Source of the DNA: Nitrosospira multiformis ATCC 25196
GTDB lineage: Bacteria > Pseudomonadota > Gammaproteobacteria > Burkholderiales > Nitrosomonadaceae
Reading direction: 5' to 3'
Assembly (NCBI RefSeq): GCF_000196355.1
Contig: NC_007614.1
Coordinates: 690,001-722,000, forward strand
DNA length: 32,000 nucleotides
Part shown: in pieces, positions 27,475-32,000 of the stretch
Layout: the number at the start of each line of letters is the position of its first letter
Position numbering within the stretch: the stretch's first letter is position 1
Made by a program: the position numbers and the translations under genes
The notes under the pieces: generated by a model
Database searches by the model: none
What the model was told of the DNA's origin: nothing
Seen by the model: the letters and a program-made list of their open reading frames with translations, nothing else

Positions 27475-29508
27475 CTATGCGATACGAGACTCGCGAACCT
27501 GGGAAACGGGGATAACTGATTCCGCGCTCACGTATTCCGGAACCCATCTGGGCAGCTCCCGCTTGACCTCTTCGTCGCTCAGGGCGGGATGCTCCTCAAG
27601 CCACGCCAGCAGAGCTGTCAGCCATTTTCTGTCTACCTGACGTGCTTGCGCGATACGCAATTTGGGGTGGGGCGTGGGAAGCGTATTTTCGTCATCCGCC
27701 AACAGTTCTTCGTAGAGTTTTTCGCCGGGGCGCAAGCCATTGTAAACAATTTTTATTTCATCCTCGCTCAATCCGGAAAGACGAATCAGATCTCGCGCAA
27801 GATCGGCGATTTTAATCGGTTCGCCCATATCCAGCACGAAAATTTCCCCCCCCCGCCGCTTGCCGCCCATCAAGCCGGCCTGTAGAACCAACTGTGCTGC
27901 CTCAGGTATGGACATGAAATAACGGGTGATTTCCGAGTGCGTTACCGTTATCGGTCCCCCTTTTTCAATCTGCTCCCTGAATTTGGGAATCACGCTGCCC
28001 GCACTGCCCAGCACATTACCGAAACGCACCATGACGAATCGTGGCTCCTGCCTCCTTTCAAGCCTGCTGCCCAGAACAATTTTGCCGGAGGCGTTTTCGG
28101 TGGGACTGTCAGGAGATGCAATCGACTGCTGTAACGCCTGGCATACCATTTCAGCCAGGCGTTTACTCGCGCCCATGACATTGGTCGGGTTGACGGCCTT
28201 GTCGGTCGAAATCAGGACGAATTTCTCCACCCCGTACCGGATGGCGGTTTGCGCCAGGACATAGGTTCCCCGCACGTTGTTCAGCACCGCCTGCCATGCA
28301 TTTTCCTGTTCCATCAGGGGCACATGCTTGTAGGCAGCCGCATGAAACACAATAGCCGGCCGGTATTGCAGGAATACCTGTGATAGCCGCGCTTCATCCT
28401 TGACATCGCCAATGGCGAATATCATGGGAATCTCTGGAAAATCGGCCTGGAATTCCTGCTCTATGCTGTACAGCGCAAATTCATTCAATTCAAACAGTAC
28501 CAGTTGAGCCGGTGCGAATTTGACGATCTGTCGGCATAACTCCGATCCAATCGAACCCCCCGCGCCTGTAACCAATACCGTTTTTCCCGTCAGTAAATCG
28601 TGCAGTCCATCGTTATCCAGCACGACAGGATCCCGCCCCAGCAAATCTTCAGGCTCGACTGTCCGGATTTGTGACACCTTGATGTTGCCGCTCACCAGGT
28701 CGTTATAGGAAGGGACGATCAAGGCCTTTACCCCTGCCGCTGCACACAGTTGCAAGGCTCGACGTCGGTCGCGCAGGAGGCGGTCGGGGCGGCGGCGATC
28801 AGAGTGGGTGCGATAGGATTTGCGGCGATCTGAAGCGGAGGAGGTGAGAGCGATAATGGCATGCGCGACACCCAGTTTCCGGGCTACCTCCGGCAGATCG
28901 TTGATGCGGCCCAGTACTTTGAATCCGTGCAGCATCAGCCCCCGCTTGGCCGGATCGTCGTCAAGGAAACCCGCGACGCGCCATTCCACATTGCGCGCCA
29001 GCTCTTTTACCAAGCCGACAGCAGCATCACTTGCTCCTATCACCAGAACGAGATTGCCTCCCGTTTTACTGCGGCCGTAAAGCCGGTGTTCTTTCCAGAA
29101 CCGGTAAGCGAGACGGCTGCTTCCCATGATGAACAGCAGCAGGATGGGGGCCAGTATCAGCACAGTTCTGGGGACACCGACCAGTATCTGCAACATGTAT
29201 AGCACCAATGGGACGGCTGCAGCCGAAGCGGATACAGCAAACAGGATGCGCCGCAAATCGGGCAGGCTTGCGTAATGCCAGAGTCCACGATACAGGCCAA
29301 AGAATAAGAAGGCTGCTGCGTGTATCGGGACCACCCACGGCAGAATCTCTTCCAAAGATGCCAGATAAACGAAGGGTATCTCGAAATTGAAGCGGAACAG
29401 ATAAGCCAGGGACCAGGCGATGGCGGCAGCTACAACATCATGCCCGAATGCAATAACCGTCCTTATGTTGAGTTTGGGCGCGGGCATGCTATGGACTATC
29501 CGGGGCAT
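27475..29508 (-). CDS. Membrane-anchored nucleotide-sugar 4,6-dehydratase (WbpM/PglF/CapD family polysaccharide biosynthesis protein)
   Basis: It has four N-terminal TM helices and two Rossmann regions (LVIGASDA; VLVTGAGGSIGSEL). Also present are FHAAAYKHVP, STDKAVNPTNVMGASKR, RFGNVLGSAGSV and GGEIFVLDMGEP. An alternative start lies at 29487. Confidence 0.9.
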   Translation of the reverse strand: MPRIVHSMPAPKLNIRTVIAFGHDVVAAAIAWSLAYLFRFNFEIPFVYLASLEEILPWVVPIHAAAFLFFGLYRGLWHYASLPDLRRILFAVSASAAAVPLVLYMLQILVGVPRTVLILAPILLLFIMGSSRLAYRFWKEHRLYGRSKTGGNLVLVIGASDAAVGLVKELARNVEWRVAGFLDDDPAKRGLMLHGFKVLGRINDLPEVARKLGVAHAIIALTSSASDRRKSYRTHSDRRRPDRLLRDRRRALQLCAAAGVKALIVPSYNDLVSGNIKVSQIRTVEPEDLLGRDPVVLDNDGLHDLLTGKTVLVTGAGGSIGSELCRQIVKFAPAQLVLFELNEFALYSIEQEFQADFPEIPMIFAIGDVKDEARLSQVFLQYRPAIVFHAAAYKHVPLMEQENAWQAVLNNVRGTYVLAQTAIRYGVEKFVLISTDKAVNPTNVMGASKRLAEMVCQALQQSIASPDSPTENASGKIVLGSRLERRQEPRFVMVRFGNVLGSAGSVIPKFREQIEKGGPITVTHSEITRYFMSIPEAAQLVLQAGLMGGKRRGGEIFVLDMGEPIKIADLARDLIRLSGLSEDEIKIVYNGLRPGEKLYEELLADDENTLPTPHPKLRIAQARQVDRKWLTALLAWLEEHPALSDEEVKRELPRWVPEYVSAESVIPVSQVRESRIA

Positions 29509-30481
29509 GCCGCAGACGGCGATCGCAAAGGCATATCATGACCAGATAAATTCCGATCCACGCGGTCACCATTCCGAACTGAACGTTCGTGTGCTGCTGA
29601 GTCGCCCAGAGGGCGCTGATGGCTGTGGCTGACATCAGAACGTAGCCGATCAGAGCCGTATTGCGATGACCCAGACCGCTTCGCACTAGGCGCTGGTAAT
29701 AATGCTCGCGATGCGCTCGCCAGATTTTTTCGCCTCGCAGTCCGCGTTTTATCAAGGTGACGGAAGCATCGACGATAAACGGCGAAAATACGAGCAAGGG
29801 AAACCATGGAGGCCAGCAGCCATTTATCCATCCCATCATACCTAATGCTGCAGCAAGGAACCCGAGCGGAATCGAGCCCGCGTCTCCCATGAAAATGCGT
29901 GCGGGATGAAAATTAAACAACAGAAAAGCTCCTGCTGCTGCGGCAATACAGAAGTTGGCGATTGCAAAGGCCTCGTTTCCGGAAATCCATGCTGTCGCTC
30001 CGTAGCAACTGAAACCGATCAGTGTCATGCCGCCTGCCAGTCCATCCGAACCGTCCATGAAATTATAGAGGTTGAGCATCCAGGTAATGCAGAGTGCGGC
30101 TGCTACGGCGACAAGCCAGCCGTAGGTGGCAGCAAGGGTTACGGCAGAAAACCAGATTCCAAGTCCTGTGTAAATGACGAGCCTTGGCCATACCGGCAGG
30201 CTGCGTACATCATCGGCGAAAGATATCGTTACCAGCAGCACAATCGCAACCCATATCGACACCGGCGGTTTTACCGGCAGAAACGTCCATGAGACGAAAA
30301 TCCCCGACATCAGCCCCAGGCCTCCCGTGCGGGGAACGGGACGAGTATGCAGCGATCGGGAATTCGGCTGGTCCAGGATTTTGAGAATATTCCCTTTGAT
30401 CAGACACGAAATCGTTCCTAGCGACACGGCAAACGCTATGAATGGCGGGATCAGATATAAAATCGGGGAGCCGGAATTCAT
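29489..30481 (-). CDS. Glycosyltransferase family 4 polyprenyl-phosphate sugar-1-phosphate transferase (WbpL/WecA/MraY-like)
   Basis: The protein is polytopic, with HTRPVPRTGG, NLYNFMDGSDGLAGG and FMGDAGS motifs. I chose the start at ATG 30481 (MNSGSPILY...). It lies tail-to-head with the dehydratase gene. Confidence 0.9.
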   Translation of the reverse strand: MNSGSPILYLIPPFIAFAVSLGTISCLIKGNILKILDQPNSRSLHTRPVPRTGGLGLMSGIFVSWTFLPVKPPVSIWVAIVLLVTISFADDVRSLPVWPRLVIYTGLGIWFSAVTLAATYGWLVAVAAALCITWMLNLYNFMDGSDGLAGGMTLIGFSCYGATAWISGNEAFAIANFCIAAAAGAFLLFNFHPARIFMGDAGSIPLGFLAAALGMMGWINGCWPPWFPLLVFSPFIVDASVTLIKRGLRGEKIWRAHREHYYQRLVRSGLGHRNTALIGYVLMSATAISALWATQQHTNVQFGMVTAWIGIYLVMICLCDRRLRHAPDSP

Positions 30482-30719
30482 GATCGGATTATAGCCTTGA
30501 TGACTTATGAGGCGCATGCATGCATACTTCAGCCCATGCCAGTCCATTGCGCGGGAGAATGAGGTAAATAATACCGATTTTCGATCTCCCCCCGCCAGCA
30601 CCTTATCTGCCCTGCACAGCCCGCTTCCAGTCCCAGATCAGGTTCGACATTGTCGGGAGAAGATTCTGAGAATGTCTGTACGAGTTCGCACATATCAGCG
30701 CAAATCGTAAAAAACATTA

Positions 30720-31988
30720 ATGAAAAAAATCTCGCTCAATACGCAAATATTATGGGGTGTATTCGCCGGCCTCTTCCTGGGCCTGGGTTTATCCCTGCTC
30801 GATGAAGAATCGGTGATTTTCCGAGCCGGATTATATGGCGCCGAGCTGCTTGGCACGCTGTTTATCGACCTGTTGAAAATGGTGCTCATTCCGCTCGTGT
30901 TCACATCGATCGCAGTAGGCGTGGCCAACTTGCGGGCGCACCAGCAGATGCATAAGGTATGGAAAGCAACGCTTGGTTTCTTCCTGTTTTCGATGGCGCT
31001 GGCTATTCTGCTGGGTTTGACCGCAGCCAACATTGTCCGTCCCGGAGAAGGGCTGCAGCTCGCCATGTTCCAGGATGACATGCAGAACTTCCAGGCCGGG
31101 CAGATGCCTTTAACGGAGTTTGTTGCGCAACTGCTTCATTCGCTGTTTCAGAACCCCATGACCGCCCTGGCTCAGGGGAATGTGCTCGCAGTGGTCGTTT
31201 TCGCGCTCCTGCTGGGCATTGCAATGGTGGTGGGCGGGGAGCGCTACGCCAACATCCTCATACTGCTGCAGGAGCTGCTGGAGCTGATGCTGATGCTGGT
31301 TGGCTGGATCATGCGCCTTGCTCCGCTCGGCATCATGGGACTGCTGGTAAAACTCGCTGCCACACAGGACGTGACTTTGCTTGCCACATTGGTCGAGTTC
31401 ATCGCGGTGGTGATTGGAGCCACTCTGCTGCACGGGATGGTAGTGCTCCCGCTGATTCTTTATTTGGTCACGGGAATGACGCCGTTCAAATTCTGGCGCG
31501 GCGCCCGCGAAGCACTGCTAACAGCTTTTGCGACCAGCTCCAGCTCAGCCACCTTACCCGTCACTTTACGCTGCGTGGAACAGCACCTGCACGTCAAACG
31601 CGACATTGCCGGATTTGTCATCCCGTTGGGTGCAACACTGAACATGGATGGCACTGCTTTGTACGAAGCCGTGGCAGCATTGTTCGTGGCCAACCTCATC
31701 GGGATAGAACTTAATCTCGCACAGCAGATGATCGTGTTTTTGACTGCGATGCTGGCTGCCATGGGTGCTCCGGGCATACCCAGCGCGGGAATGGTCACCA
31801 TGGTAGTCGTGCTGCAATCGGTCGGCTTGCCGGCGGAGGCTATCGCCATTCTGCTGCCGGTCGACCGCTTACTGGATACATTCCGCACCGCTGTGAATGT
31901 CGAGGGGGACATGGTGGGCAGCCTCGTCGTGCAGAAATGGGTGAGGAAGGAGTCCATACGAGGTTCCAGAAGCGATTCCGAAGGGTAA
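30720..31988 (+). CDS. Dicarboxylate/amino acid:cation symporter (DAACS family, GltP/DctA-like)
   Basis: 422 aa with ATSSSSATLPVT, NMDGTALYEAVAALF and AGIPSAGMVTMVVVL motifs. Confidence 0.9.
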   Translation: MKKISLNTQILWGVFAGLFLGLGLSLLDEESVIFRAGLYGAELLGTLFIDLLKMVLIPLVFTSIAVGVANLRAHQQMHKVWKATLGFFLFSMALAILLGLTAANIVRPGEGLQLAMFQDDMQNFQAGQMPLTEFVAQLLHSLFQNPMTALAQGNVLAVVVFALLLGIAMVVGGERYANILILLQELLELMLMLVGWIMRLAPLGIMGLLVKLAATQDVTLLATLVEFIAVVIGATLLHGMVVLPLILYLVTGMTPFKFWRGAREALLTAFATSSSSATLPVTLRCVEQHLHVKRDIAGFVIPLGATLNMDGTALYEAVAALFVANLIGIELNLAQQMIVFLTAMLAAMGAPGIPSAGMVTMVVVLQSVGLPAEAIAILLPVDRLLDTFRTAVNVEGDMVGSLVVQKWVRKESIRGSRSDSEG

Positions 31989-32000
31989 GAGGTATTAAGA

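Noticed and set aside
1-32000. A search by eye for CRISPR arrays, tRNA/rRNA genes, integron attC sites, and defence or toxin-antitoxin gene pairs.
   Set aside because: I saw no regularly spaced direct repeats, no cloverleaf-like or rRNA-like sequence, and no recognisable defence or TA protein motifs. This is absence of evidence by manual reading only.

Overview
This looks like a chromosomal segment of a Gram-negative bacterium. It is probably a betaproteobacterial chemolithoautotroph, an inference from gene content only (cbbY, a Cyc2-like cytochrome-porin, a bacterial cyclooxygenase-like haem peroxidase). Positions 1-7000 are mostly housekeeping: the cbbY 3' part, psiE-like, purE-purK-purC with coupled or overlapping junctions, a TauE/SafE permease, an EVE-domain protein and a cyclooxygenase-like haem peroxidase. 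Positions 7000-18000 are accessory-looking. They hold a DUF900-like lipoprotein hydrolase, a Tat-signal CapA-family metallophosphatase, a porin-sized outer-membrane protein with one N-terminal CxxCH (Cyc2-like), an orphan protein followed by a MaoC-type dehydratase, and a nested IS427-group insertion-sequence graveyard. That graveyard has one intact element with a -1 frameshift site, two decayed copies of a second type, and a DUF768-like cargo ORF. The accessory region ends with a small Lys-rich secreted protein and an Amidohydro_2-like enzyme. Positions 18000-23600 carry 6S RNA downstream of zapB-like/zapA. On the plus strand there is a cobalamin riboswitch, a TonB-dependent receptor, and an intact MsbA-like ABC exporter whose ATPase motifs are all degenerate. 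I consider this last gene the most interesting item. Positions 23600-25300 are a 1.7 kb gene-poor, AT-richer stretch with a G11 tract and a probable decayed ORF. The remainder is a PAS-PAS-GGDEF-EAL protein, a WbpM/CapD-type dehydratase with an internal G9 tract, a WbpL/WecA-type GT4 transferase and a DAACS-family symporter. I saw no CRISPR array, tRNA or rRNA. All homology statements come from reading the translations against remembered family motifs; no database search was run.
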